Positions 12,895 through 25,869 of a stretch of 64,000 bases of DNA are shown one piece after another. Every line of letters starts with the position of its first letter. Position 1 is the stretch's first letter. Where the stretch lies: assembly GCF_009914755.1 (NCBI RefSeq), contig NC_060944.1; one strand, 5' to 3'. Below the pieces are notes generated by a model. The model had not been told where the DNA came from and searched no databases. It saw nothing but the letters and a program-made list of their open reading frames with translations. The position numbers and the translations under genes were made by a program. This stretch comes from the human T2T-CHM13v2.0 reference genome, Homo sapiens.

Positions 12895-13394
12895 ATCTCA
12901 ATATAAAAGCCAGCCTCATGCTGACCAGGAAAACACTGGAACATTTCCACAGAAGGAATACAACAAAGATGCTTATTATGTCTACCTAATTTATCATTAT
13001 TCTGGAGGTATTCTTTATGAATAATATAGAGAAAGAAAGCCCAGGAGAAGCAAATGAAAAACAAACTATTTGTACAATAGAAATGTTCAATAACTTGGCT
13101 GTGTACAATATTAATGTGAAAATATCAGTAAATTTTCTGTACAAGCAATAAACAAAGAGAATATATAGTGGAAACAGAAGCCCCATTTTTCAAAAATATA
13201 TAATATACCAAAGAATATAGCATATTTTAAAAATTTGTGAGATCTACATAAAAAATCTTAAAAATATCCTGAAGTTTACAAAGAAAGACTTGAACCAATG
13301 AAAGAGACAATGTTCTTGAGTGGCAAGACTCAACTTCATACATGTTGCTTTCCTTTAAATAAGAAATAAATTCAATATAATTCCAATAAAATAC
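12895..13394 (+). mobile_element. Old L1 (L1M) ORF2 remnant; continues 15686-15725 and ~16215-16490
   Basis: A-rich degenerate ORF2 motifs: aaagacttgaaccaatgaaagagaca..caagactcaac..aaattcaatataattccaataaaa. Confidence 0.7.
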
Positions 13395-15685
13395 TATATT
13401 AGTCCGTTTTAACACTGCTGATAAATCATACCTGAGACTGTGAAGAAAACGTTTAATTGGACTTACAGTTCCACATGGCTGAGGAGGCCCCAGAATCATG
13501 GCAGGAGATGAAAGGTACTTCTTACAAGGTGGCGGCAAGAGAAAATGAGGAGGAAGCAAAAGTGCAAACCCCTGATAAACCCATCAGATCTTGTGAGACT
13601 TACTCCCTATCATGAGAATACCATGGGAAAGACCAGCCCCCATGATTCAATTACCTCTGGCTGGGTCCCTCCCACAACACGTGGGAATTCTGAGAGATAC
13701 AATTCAAGTTGAGATTTGAATGGGGACACAGCCAAACCATATCATTCTGCCCCTGGCTCCTCCAAATCTCATGTCCTCACGTTTCAAAACCAATCATGCC
13801 TTCAAAACCAACAGTCCCCCAAAGTCTTAACTCATTTCAGCATTAACCCAAAAGTCCACAGTCCAAAGTCTCATCTGACGGACAAGGCAAGTCCCTTCCG
13901 CCTATGAGCCTGTAAAATCAAAAACAAGCTAATTACTTCCTAGATGCAATGGACGTACAGTTATTGGGTAAATACAGCCATTCCAAATGGGAGAAATTGG
14001 CCAAAATAAAGGGGATACAGGGCCCATGCAAGTCTGAAATCCAGCAGGGCAGTCACATTTTAAAGCTCCAAAATGATATCCTTTGACTCCAGGTCTCACA
14101 TCCAGGTAATGCTGATGCAAGAGGTGGGTTCCCATGGTCTTGGGCAGCTCTGTCCCTGTCGCTTTGCAGGGTACAGTCTCCCTCCTGGCTGCTTTTGCAG
14201 GCTAGTGTTGAGTGTCTGCAGCTTTTCCAAGCACATGGTGAAAGCTGTCAGTGGATCTACCATTCTGGGGTCTGGAGGATGGTGGCCCTCTTGTCAAAGC
14301 CCCACTAGGCAATGCCCCAGTAGGAACTCTGTGTGGGGGCTTCAACCCCACATTTTCCTTCCACATTGCACTAGCAGAGGTTCTCCATGAGGGCCCTGCT
14401 CCTGCAGCAAACTTCTGTCTGGGCATCCAGGTGTTTCCATACATCTTCTGAAATCTAGGCAGAGGTTCCCAAACCTCAATTCTTGACTTCTGTGCACCCG
14501 CAGGCTTAATACCATGTGGAAGCTGCCAAGGGTTGGGGCTTCCACACTCTGAAGCCACAGCCAGAGCTGTATATTGGCCCCTTTCAGCCATGGCTGGAGT
14601 GGCTGGGACACAGGGCACCAAATCCCTAGACTGCACACAGAATGGGGATCCTGGGCCCAGCCCACAAAACCACTTTTTCCTCCCGGGCCTCTGAGCCTGT
14701 GATGGGAGGGGCTGCTGTGAAGGTCTCTGGCATGGCCTGGAGACATTTTCCTCACGGTCTTAGGGATTAACATTAGGCTGCTTGCTACTTATGCAAATTT
14801 CTGCAATTGGCTTGAATTTCTCCTCAAAAAAAATGGGGTTTTCTTTTCTACCATATCATCAGGCTGCAAATTTTCCAAACGTTTATGCTCTGTTTACCTT
14901 TTAAAATGGAATGCTTTTAACCGTACCCAAGTCACCTCTTTAATGCTTTTTTGCCTAGAAATTTCTTCTGCCAGATACCCTAAATCATCTTTCTCAAGTT
15001 CAAAGTACCACAAATTTCTAGGGCAAGGGCAAAATACCTCCAGTCTCTTTGCTAAAACATAACAAGAGTCACCTTTGCTCCGGTTCCCAACAAGTTCCTC
15101 ATCTCCATCTGAGACCACCTCAGCCTTTATCTTATTGTTCATATCACTATCAGAATTTTTGTCAAAGCCATTCAACAAATCTCTAGGAGGTTCCAAACTT
15201 TCCCACATTTTTGTGTCTTCTTCTGAGCCCTCCAAACTCTCCCAGCCTCTGCCTGTTACCCAGTTCCAAAGTCGCTTCCACATTTTCAGTTATCTTTTCA
15301 GCAATGCCCCACTCTACTAGTTCCAATTTACTGTATTAGTCCGTTTTCACACTGCTGATAAAGACATACCTGAGACTGGGAAGAAAAAGAGGTTTAATTG
15401 GACTTACAGCCCCACATGGATGGGGAGGCCTCAGAATCATGGCAGGAGGCAAAAGGCACTTCTTACATGGCGGCAGCAAGAGAAAATGAGGAGGAAGCAA
15501 AAGCAGAAACCCCTAATAAAACCATCAGATCTCCTGAGACTTATTCACTATCACGAGAATAGCATAGGAAAGACTGGCCCCTATGATTCAATTACCTACT
15601 CCTGGGTCCCTCCCACAACATGTGGGAATTCTGGGAGATACAATTCAAGTTGAGATTTGAATGAGAACACAGCCAAACCATATCA
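13395..15685 (-). mobile_element. Full-length THE1A (ERVL-MaLR) provirus: LTRs 13395-13744 and 15332-15685, internal region 13745-15331
   Basis: Two ~350-bp direct LTRs ending gccaaaccatatca; ~1.6-kb THE1-int; purine tract adjoining the 3' LTR on the minus strand; 5-bp TSD aatac/aatat. Confidence 0.95.
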
Positions 15686-15727
15686 AATATCAATATAAAT
15701 TTTATAAAATTTTGTTAATAATAAAAA

Positions 15728-16212
15728 CTTTTTAGGGCACTTTTATTCTCACATCAAAATCGAGTGAAAGAGAGAGTTCTCATATACCCCCTCCTCCCAC
15801 ACAAGCACAGCTTCCCTCATTATCAATATTTCCACCAGAGTGGTACATTTGTTACAACTGATGAACCTACATTGACATGTCATTATCACCCATAGTCCAC
15901 AGTTTACATTAGGGTGCAGTCTTGGTGCTGTACATTCTATAGGTTGGACAAACATCTAATGACATGTATCCTATAATATCATACACAGTAGTTTCACTGC
16001 CCTAAAAATCCTCTGTGCTCTGCCTACTCATCCCTTCCTTCCAGCAATCCCTGGCAACCACTGATCTTTTTGCCATCTCCATAGTTTTGCCTTTTCCAGA
16101 ATGTCATATAGTTGGAACCACTTAGTCTGTTCAGACTGGCTTGTTTTATTTTGTGAATATGCATTTTAATTTTCTCCATGTCTTTTCATGGCTTGATAAC
16201 TCATTTATTTGT
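15728..16212 (-). mobile_element. L1MC1-like 3' end
   Basis: ccaccagagtggtacatttgttacaactgatgaacctacattgaca..cactgccctaaaaatcctctgtgctctgcct. Confidence 0.85.
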
Positions 16213-16554
16213 AATCCCCACATAAATTTTTGACCTAAATTTGTGGTTTCTAGAGTACACAAGGAAAAGTAAAATAGCAAGGTTAGCTAGAAAAAAATCT
16301 ATAAGAGTAATGAGAAAGGACTAACATCAACAGTTATTCAAACATAATATAAAGTCATAATTATTTAATCACTGTGATATGAGATCATGAATAGAGAATA
16401 GAAAACCCAGAAGTAGCCTTAAATACATAAAAATACTTAGTATATTATAAAATTATCATTTTAATTATTGATAAAGGGATGGAATATGAAAGGTGTGGAA
16501 ATTTGTGTTATTAATATTGTTACTTTCAGCACTGCTTTGGATTTGTTTACACCT

Positions 16555-16768
16555 AGTGTTGTGGAGAACTCACTATACGCCAGGTAGCATGCTAGACATT
16601 TCCATAGGTGTTGACTTGTTTAATCTTCATAAAAATTTGTGAGGCAAGAGTTCATATTTCCAGTTTAAAGCTGAAGAAACAAAGGCCCAGAGGGATTAGG
16701 TATCTTTCTTACAGTTGCACAGCAGTGAATGGCTCAGCTGGAATTCAGACCCAGCCTTTAACTCCCTA
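16555..16768 (-). mobile_element. MIR SINE
   Basis: tttaatcttcat..gaagaaacaaaggcccagagggattagg..cacagc..ggaattcagacccag. Confidence 0.8.
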
Positions 16769-16951
16769 CTTAGAGCGATTTCTATACATGGAGCTTCTAG
16801 CCTCACTAAGTAGTTTGCTGGCCATTTCTTTTACCATATGTGTACTTTCTGCTCATCATTATTTCATTTGAGTCTTTCTTTTCTGGTGCAGTCAACATGA
16901 ATTTCTAGTTAGCAACTTAGATCATAGAATTGATTTTAAGAAAAGATTCGT

Positions 16952-17379
16952 GGCCAGGCACGGTGGCTCACGCCTGTAATCCCAGCACTTTGGGAGGCCG
17001 AGGCAGGTGGATCACTTGAGGCCATGAGTTTGAGACCAGCCTGGCCAACATGGTGAAAACCTATCTCTACAATACAACAATTAGCCAGGCATAGTGTTGC
17101 ATGCCTGTAATCCCAGCTACTCGGGAGGCATGAGAATCGCTTGAACCTGGGAGGCAGAGGTTGCAGTGAGGTGAGTCCATGACACTGTACTCCATCCTGG
17201 ATGACAAAGAAAGACTCTGTCAAAAAAAAAAGAAAGAAAGAGAGAAAAGAGAGAGAGAGAGGAAGGAAGGAAAGAAGGAAGGAAGGAAAGAGAGAGAAAG
17301 AAAGAAAGAAAAAGAAAGAAAGAAAGAAAGAAAAGAAGAGAGAGAGAGACAGAGAGAGAAAAAGAAAGAAAGAGAAAGA
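16952..17379 (+). mobile_element. Alu (AluS) with expanded GA-rich tail
   Basis: 14-bp TSD aagaaaagattcgt (16938-16951) / aagaaaagatttgt (17380-17393). Confidence 0.97.
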
Positions 17380-17388
17380 AAGAAAAGA
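17222..17388. repeat. Compound polypurine microsatellite (GAAA/GA/GGAA)n
   Basis: About 165 bp, almost entirely A/G. Confidence 0.95.
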
Positions 17389-17935
17389 TTTGTAACTATT
17401 TTCTTTTACAGGAAATTGACTAATTTGTTTAGTTGAGACCAGCCAGGTAGAGGAGGATTGATGGTCTTCATGGTCTGAACTAGTAGTTCAGCGGATTTGA
17501 GCGCTACCTTTCTGGTATTCTATCCCTGGGCCTCAGACAGAGAGAATGTGATCACTAGCTTGGGAAATAGCATGGCCAGTTCTGAGCAAGAGCTGGGAAA
17601 GTGATAGTGTGAGTCTTGGGTTCTCCCATTCCTGGGGCTTCTCCCTTACCTCAAGAAAATGTGGATGGGTAATGAGGCTCCTCTGTCCAGGGAATACTGG
17701 CTTTCCAGCTACTCCAGATACCTCACAGGTATTCCCTCTGCTCAACTGGTAACCAACCGGTCAACACCAACATGACAAGAACCTGACATGACACCTAATT
17801 CCTCTGCTTCCAGGGCCTGTCACTGCCCCTCTGTCCCAGGAGGAGGTAATCATAGACACGTTGCTGCTTACAATGATGCTGAGTTCATTCACAGCCAACT
17901 TACGGTTTAACTCCTAGTTCTGAGGAAAGCCAGTA

Positions 17936-17937
<2 letters not shown>

Positions 17938-17966
<29 letters not shown>
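17938..17966. repeat. Poly(A)29
   Basis: Homopolymer with no adjacent Alu or L1 body. Confidence 0.95.
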
Positions 17967-17968
<2 letters not shown>

Positions 17969-18399
17969 CAATTACAGTTCACCTGTTGAGTAAATTCATG
18001 ATTTACTAGTGATTTCTGACTTTTATTTTTTCATCTTTAACCGGAATGCAGACCTTGTTTCATTAGGTTTATTATGTTTTTAATTACTTTAGGACCTATT
18101 TGGTGGCTAATTATCTGTATGACAGGAAATTAAACTGAGCTTCCATTTGTCTGTAGGCACTGTGAAACCTGACTTCCTTCCTCCCACCCTGGCCCCTTTC
18201 TTTTTTCAAACAATGATAACATGAATTGTAAATCTGGACCAAAGTGATTTGGGTGCAACATGCTCAGGCTATGCGTTATAAAACACTTAGTGAACATTTG
18301 AAAGATGGCCAGATTTTTGTCAATTGATTATCAATTGTCACCTGTTGATCGATTCAATGTAGTTGACATAGGAGGCTCTTCCACCATCTCGGTCAAGTG

Positions 18400-18632
18400 T
18401 AAGACCTCTCACGTCTGACTTCTGAGGTTTAAAACCTGGCATTTGCTACTCGGTAGCTGTGAAACCTTGTCCAGTTTCTAAAACTTCCAATGTTTTAGTG
18501 TCCTTACCTATAAAATGGGGATAATAATAAGACCTCATGGGGTAGCTGAAAACTAAATGAGACAATATGTGTAAATACATGTCAAGTATTTCGATCCTGG
18601 TACATAGTCACTGCTCAATAAATAATCACTTC
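18400..18632 (+). mobile_element. MIR SINE
   Basis: tagctgtgaaaccttg..ctataaaatggggataataata..aaatgagacaatatgtgtaaa..ctcaataaat. Confidence 0.85.
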
Positions 18633-20579
18633 TATTGTTAAGACAGAGCCAAGAGTTGCAGAGATGGGTCAGCGATTTTGTTGACAGCCATCTGTTGTCT
18701 ATTTCAGATAAGAGAAGAGCATTGAGAAGAGCTGCATGTTTCTGCTGACCTTGATAGTAGAGGCAGGGTTTGCCCCTTAGTCTGAAATTAGGCAGGAAGG
18801 CCTGCAACATATGGACTGTCACATGCTGCAAGCTCTGATTATGTTTGCTCTTGACTTCTCAGACTGGCCAGGAGATGCTAATTTAAAGCTCACAGTCATA
18901 AAAGATTCGTCCTTGCCTTACTTTCCACTGTCTAACTCTTGCAGAAGCTCTCAGTAATGACTTCTACAGGTGGTGTGATTCCCTCCCCAGGAAAGTATAA
19001 AAGCAAGAGAACAAAGTAAATAAAAACTCCCTAATTCCTTTAGATTTTATTTATATTCCCATAGCAAAGCTGAAGACATTCTTTATTTAGAATATTTGTC
19101 TCAGTTGTCTTCATTATTTGCAATCTCAGGTATAAAATATGCTGGAATAACTGGAGAGTGGTGAAAACATCTAAAGTGTATTTACAGGCCTAGGTTCATT
19201 TTTCAAAGCTTTCTCTTCTTGTCAGCCTTTGTCAAATGGGTTCAAGCTTTTACCAGTAAGAAGCAAATATTACATTGGTGCACTTCAATCTCGGTAGTTC
19301 AGAAGGAACCCTTATGCCCCCAAGAGCTAAATTTACCAATCTGAGTGACATATCTGCATGGAGGAAATATAGCAGCAGGAAGAGAGACACACAAGCACAC
19401 ACAAACCAACCCGGGCTGCGATGATAATTGCAGTGTGGCGGTCCCTGGTATCCTAGGAGTAATTACTCTGACATTCTTTATCATTGTGTGTTAGATGTGA
19501 TATGAAGCAATTATCAAGTTGTTTTTTGGAATATTGATGCCTGGCCGTCTTTGCACATTATCCTCATCTCATGCTGTGACCCACAGGACTTAATTCTGAC
19601 ACCTTGAGTCTCTCATGGCAGATTGATAAGGAGCCCTGGCTTAATCTTCCCTTTCTTAGGATGAGACTCTGGTGTTTACCCTTGTTATTAAGGAGAAGTA
19701 CTGATAACATGCGCTACTGCCATTTTCTTTTTCCACTTGCAGAATTCGATTTGTATCTCAAATTCTCTAGTGCCTGGTCTCCTACTGAAAATATTGGCAC
19801 AATGGCATTTATTGCTAATTGTAAACTACCCTCATAACAAAGGCAGACATTATTGTTTTTCCTTATAATTACTTGCAATAGTCCCCGTGTTAACCCTATT
19901 TTAATAGTAATCTAAGGACTATGGAATAAGGTTTATTAAGACCACATGCTTCAGATCTGTGCAGACTTTGTTGGAATAATGCTTGTGGGTATAGAAATTT
20001 CACTCTTCAAGAGGTGGTCTATTTTCTTAAGTTGAAATTGGCATTGTGTCAGTATTTTGCTTTCATCTGAATAGCTGTTTCTCTGCTCCTTTATTTCATT
20101 TTTTTCTGAGAGCAGACTTTTATTTGGAGCATGGATCAGCATGCCCACATTTAGAATATTTCATATCATATCAGCTTGTTTGTACCACACACAATAAGAG
20201 GCATCTGGCATCTTTCAGAAAGGCTGGAGGAAGCCACTTATTGATGCTGTGTATGGCTGGCCCTCCCTCGCCCCATGTACAAGGTCTTTGGTGAGGTATG
20301 GGTTGGTAAACAGAAAAAGCAGTGGCCAAACCATGCTTATAGCTGTGGCCTGTGGTGACACAGGACACATATCTATCTGTGTGTTCTTCTGTGGTCAGTG
20401 CTGTCATCCCTGGGAAGAGATTTCAGCATGGTGGTTTGGAATAATCAAGAGTGTGGGCATTGAAGACAGGCTGCCCCCATCCCTACATGCAATAAGACCC
20501 ACCCATATTTTATGACTATAACTATAATTTACACAAATATGGTTGCACTAAATCTCATCCTTTTCTCTCTTTTTTCCTT

Positions 20580-21260
20580 TCCTTTTTTCTTTTTTCCCTT
20601 TACTTTGCTTAGCATGATGTTTGAAAGGCCTATTTGTGTTGCTGGATGAGCCCATTGCTGCTCTGTGCTCTATGGAATTCCATGGTGTGGAATCTGACTT
20701 AGCCATTACTCAATGACAGCCACTTCAATTGGCTCCAGATCGTACTACTGCAAACAACATTCTTGTGTATGTTCCTCACAGACCTGTGGAAGAATCTCTT
20801 TGATGTACACCTTGGGTGGGGTTACTGGGCTGCCCTCCAGAAAGGCTGCACCAAGCCTCACTCCCATTCATAACATGTGCGGGTTTCCATGGCCCCCATC
20901 ACCACATTCCCACCAACACTAGGCATTACTCAGCTCTCATTGCTATTTTAATTTCTGTTTCTGTGAGACTAATGACTCTTATCTCTCTGTTGACTTTTTT
21001 CCCATGATACCTTTTATGGAATGTTAACTCCTAACTTTAATGTAATCAAATTAATAAATGTTTAACATATTGATTTGTGTTTTCAAATTTTTAAGATGTC
21101 CTTTCTCACATCTAAGTGACAAAGAAGTTTTCATACCTTTTCTTCTTTTAAGTTTATAATTTTACTTTTACATTAGTTCTTTAATTCACCAAGAGTTCAC
21201 CTCTACAGATGATAACAGGTAGTGGTCCAGTTTATTTTTCTCTATATTAGGTAATAATGT
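20580..21260 (-). mobile_element. Old L1 (L1M) fragments
   Basis: cttagcatgatgtttgaaagg..ttccatggtgtgga..actcccattcataacatgtgc..ccacattcccaccaacact. Confidence 0.6.
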
Positions 21261-21467
21261 CACTAAAAAGTCCTTCTTTTTCCTATTCTGTTATGGTCAC
21301 CTCTGTTGATTTCTTAGTGTTTTCTTTGTTTCGTGTTTCCAAACATTACTTCATTGTCTTTACTCTTCCCAGTGTTGCTTTTTGAGCTTGATACCAATCC
21401 AGTTCTTACTCTGCACTGTATTCTGCATTTCTTAGTTTTTCTTTTTACATTTTCTTTTTAGGAGCTT

Positions 21468-21642
21468 GGGCAAGAGTGAAATGAGAGATTATTGTTAAGG
21501 GATACAGAGTTTTAGTTTTGAAAGATCAGAAAGTTCTGGAGGTCCACTGCACAACAGTGTGACTGTACATAATACTACTGAACTGTGCACTAAAAATGGT
21601 TAAGATGGTAAATTTATGTTACGTATAGTTCACAATTAAAAA
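21468..21642 (+). mobile_element. L1MB 3' end
   Basis: gggatacagagttttagttttg..aaagttctggag..actactgaactgtgcact..aaaatggttaagatggtaaattt. Confidence 0.85.
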
Positions 21643-21699
21643 CTTGGATCTTGCAATTAGTTTAAGAAATAAATTTAGGAATCCTCATACAAAAAATTT

Positions 21700-22160
21700 A
21701 TAGCACAGGAATAAACTTTATGGAAAGTAATTAGCAATGTATGATGAGCCTTAAGAATGTCCATTCCCTCTTCTAGGTGTGTCCTAAAGAAAAACTGAGA
21801 AAAATTTGGAGAGAGAATCATTTAAGTTTATTCATTGCAACATTATTTATGATATAAAAAATACTTAATCTAAATGTTCAACCTGAGGAATAGTTAAATT
21901 AAGGCTGGTACTTCCACAGGAAGGAAAATGCAGCTATCAAGAACTTGTTTTGAAATATATTTAATGATATGAGGAATATTTTAATTATAACATTATTTTA
22001 AAAATAAGAGGCATAACTGTGACTTTAGTATGAATCTAATTCTTTAAAAATTACACATATATACAAATAGAAGTTAAAGTGGGAGAAAATACACTAAAAT
22101 GTAAACAGTAATAATCTGTTGGTGGTGGGACTATCTGTGATGTTTGTAAATGCTTTGTAA
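21700..22160 (+). mobile_element. L1ME4-like 3' region
   Basis: ttcattgcaacattatttat..ctaaatgttcaac..atgcagctat..aaatacactaaaatgtaaacagt. Confidence 0.6.
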
Positions 22161-22264
22161 ACTGTAACTTGGCACACTAATAGAGGCAGTGGTTGTAAGT
22201 CACTCAGAATGAAAAACTTGAGCTATGCCAACGTAATAGCCTAATTTAATACTTAAAAACCCAT

Positions 22265-22470
22265 ATTTAGCATTTAGCATATAGTAAAAATTTTCCTATA
22301 CTATCTACATATATTATGTTACTCAGTTCTGCCAACTACCTGTAAGATAGGTACTATTACTGTTCTATTTCCTTCATGAAAAAAGTGAAACTCAGATGTC
22401 ATACATAGGAAGCTGAAGAACCATGATACATGTACCCAGAACTTCCTGACATTAACCCCTACTTTTTACC
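22265..22470 (-). mobile_element. MIR SINE
   Basis: caactacctgtaagataggtactatta..gaaaaaagtgaaactcaga. Confidence 0.6.
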
Positions 22471-24016
22471 AATTCCAAAATAATCTAAACAAAGAAGAAC
22501 AAGAAAAGGTAGTCATAATTGCCTAAATGTTTTAGTATCTTGTTGGCTTGTGGCTCGGTCAACTCTACTGAGAGCTCCTGTTGATGGCCAGACCCAAGCC
22601 CTGTGTTGAAGATGACTGAGCAAAGAGCTCAACAGAAGAGTGGCTGCTGGGAATGCCTTCTTATGGTGGGTGTTGTAATGCTTTTATTTTGCAGACTCTA
22701 CTGGGGCCAGTGAACAATGAGGGAATGAAGTACATCATTCCACATGTTAGCTGGTTAAAGTCATGGCACTTGGCAGCCTCCTTGAGAAGGTACTCAGAGG
22801 TCCGTGGTCATTCCTTAGAGGCATATTGACTCATTGATTAAAATGTGCTGGATTTGGTCAACTTCCTCCATAACAAGTCATTTATAACACATATTATTTA
22901 GGAAATCCAGAATGCTCTGAGAGCTAATTTAAATTATAAGTACTCTTGAAAGCCATGACTGGAAATGACTCTCTTAGCCCTTCAGGCCCTTGCAGTGATT
23001 GGCAGTGTACTTCCAAAGAAGGGCTTTTAAGTGGTTTGGTTCATTATATGTGCATTCTACATCCAAAAGAACCCATGCCTTGCATGGGAGGAATTATGAG
23101 GCCGGAGCACTCCTCTTTATTAGAAATGTAAAAACACACAGCCTTGCCCTGGTCAGACATTCCTACACCCCTGGAGAGTCCTAACACGGGCTTAACGTCC
23201 ACAGAATCATTGCAAATTCTGAATATGCATATTCTCTCAATGGCAGTACATATTTTCCCGGCTTAATAGGATGTTAAAATGTGGCTCTTGATTTTGGCTC
23301 AGGCATAAGACAATGCCTGCTATATTCCATGGAGATCATCCTACAAAACTTTTAAAAAGGAAAGGTATGATCCCTTAAAGAACTCAAACCCCTTCCTCAT
23401 ACTGTTAGTCTGAAAGGATTGTGGAAAGTTGTTTTTATGTTTTTATTTGTTTGTTTTGAGGACAAACTTTTTGAAGATAGGTGCTGGTATATGGTGAATC
23501 TCATTCTTCTCCCACAAGGAGGAGAGGTGGAGAAAGTGTTTGCTTCTCACCTTAAGCCTAGTGAGAAAAGCTTCAGTAAGGCCATTCCAAGAAAGTCAAA
23601 AACTTTCCTTGAAGTTAGGGAATATATTGGCCTGAGGCGTGTCTCCACATGAAAAATGTAAAAGATTAGAAATGGTTTATCAGCTTTTACAGTGGTGCAA
23701 AGGGTAGGTCATTGCTCTGTTAGGATTGGATTTATTGGGGCAAAGGATACAAGAGTGGTACACACAGACCAGAAAGTTGGAAAAATGCTGGTGTAGGACT
23801 ATCTTGGATTCTGTCCAGTAGGGCTATCCAGAAGTGTAAACAGGCCTTAGCAGTTAGAATCTAAAGGGAGTGCCGGATTCCTTGGTCAAGTGAGAGAAAG
23901 ATGATGAAATAGAGCAGACACGTCACCTGTAAAAGGCTACCAGAGGTGGGCAGTATCTGATGATGGCATGGGGTTGAGGCCTTTGAAGAATCAACAAAAA
24001 TGCTTCATAAAAATTA

Positions 24017-24575
<559 letters not shown>

Positions 24576-24865
24576 TCAACATTCTAAATTTTGTGAAATA
24601 CTGTATCTAGTGACTTAAAGTATCTTTAAGACACTTCATTTCCTAAGCATGACCAGTAAAGTCATGGACTGCTCAGAACTTTTTTAAGAAGCAGGGAAGA
24701 ATGCCTTTCTCTAAACGCTTTTCTTCGGGGGATGATGGGAGACAAAATTAAGTTGCTTTGTTCCATCCCATGAGTTGTGTCTGTTGCATGTAGGTGTAAT
24801 ACCCTCAGATGCCCGACTGAGGTTATCCTGCCAACCCACCAGTCTGCACTTCTGATCTTGCCAGT

Positions 24866-25040
24866 CTGGTAACTGCTCTCAGAGCGTGGTGCTAATAAGA
24901 CCTGGAAGGTGAGATCCCAGGATTCTAAAGACTAGTCAGTTATCTGCAATGTACATTTTGCAATGTGAACTGAGCAGGAGAATAGGGTTGGGTCAGGGCA
25001 TTCAGAGAGAAGATAAGCTCAAAGTGGGTGCCCTTCCTAT
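24866..25040 (+). mobile_element. MamSINE1-like ancient tRNA-Ile-headed SINE remnant
   Basis: AGAGCGTGGTGCTAATAA (24881-24898) matches the tRNA-Ile(AAT) D/anticodon arm; the downstream body resembles MamSINE1. Confidence 0.6.
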
Positions 25041-25109
25041 TGCCTTGGGGCCTGACAAAAATTATTTCCCATGCTCACTGGAAACAAAGTTTGAAGTTAA
25101 TATCCTTTA

Positions 25110-25277
25110 CTAGGGTTTCCAGATCAACCTTGCCATCCAATAAAAATACAGGACACTCTGTATTTAAGTATAAGCATGTTCTAAATATCACATGGAAATT
25201 CATACTACAAAATTAGTCATTGTTTACGTGAAATTCCAATTTCACTGGGTGTCCTGAATTTTAACTGGAAGCCCTAA
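25110..25277. mobile_element. MER53 (hAT MITE), internally deleted
   Basis: Termini ctagggtttccag / ctggaagcccta; internal aaaatacaggacac and ctgggtgtcctg. Confidence 0.85.
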
Positions 25278-25447
25278 GCGAATCCTCTCCCTCTTCTGCA
25301 TAATAGGATCACATTTATACCATTATTTCTTTAAAAATGCCCAGTGCTGGAGCCATCAATATCTGCAATGATCCCAGTCTCCACATCAACATTTGGCATA
25401 CGTTGTCTGATACCCATCAAGAGAACAGTTTAAAGTGTTTAAATTGA

Positions 25448-25823
<376 letters not shown>

Positions 25824-25869
25824 TCAAACACCAATAACTGTTCTTGAGTAACTTTTCTGCCAAGCTGGA

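Noticed and set aside
14073-14773. Overlapping 100-144-aa ORFs
   Set aside because: All lie within the THE1A internal sequence; not a host gene.
13472-15430. PRDM9 hotspot 13-mer in the THE1A LTRs
   Set aside because: The LTRs read CCTCCTCAGCCAT and CCTCCCCATCCAT; neither matches CCNCCNTNNCCNC.
17179-17436. K/E/R-rich ORFs (also 59117-59413 and 62374-62579)
   Set aside because: Translations of low-complexity purine or pyrimidine tracts.
24866-24925. tRNA-Ile gene
   Set aside because: Only 18 nt match; there is no intact T-arm/B-box or acceptor stem. Better explained as a SINE head.
25110-25277. miR-1302-type hairpin from MER53
   Set aside because: This copy is internally deleted and lacks the TGGGACA seed on either strand.
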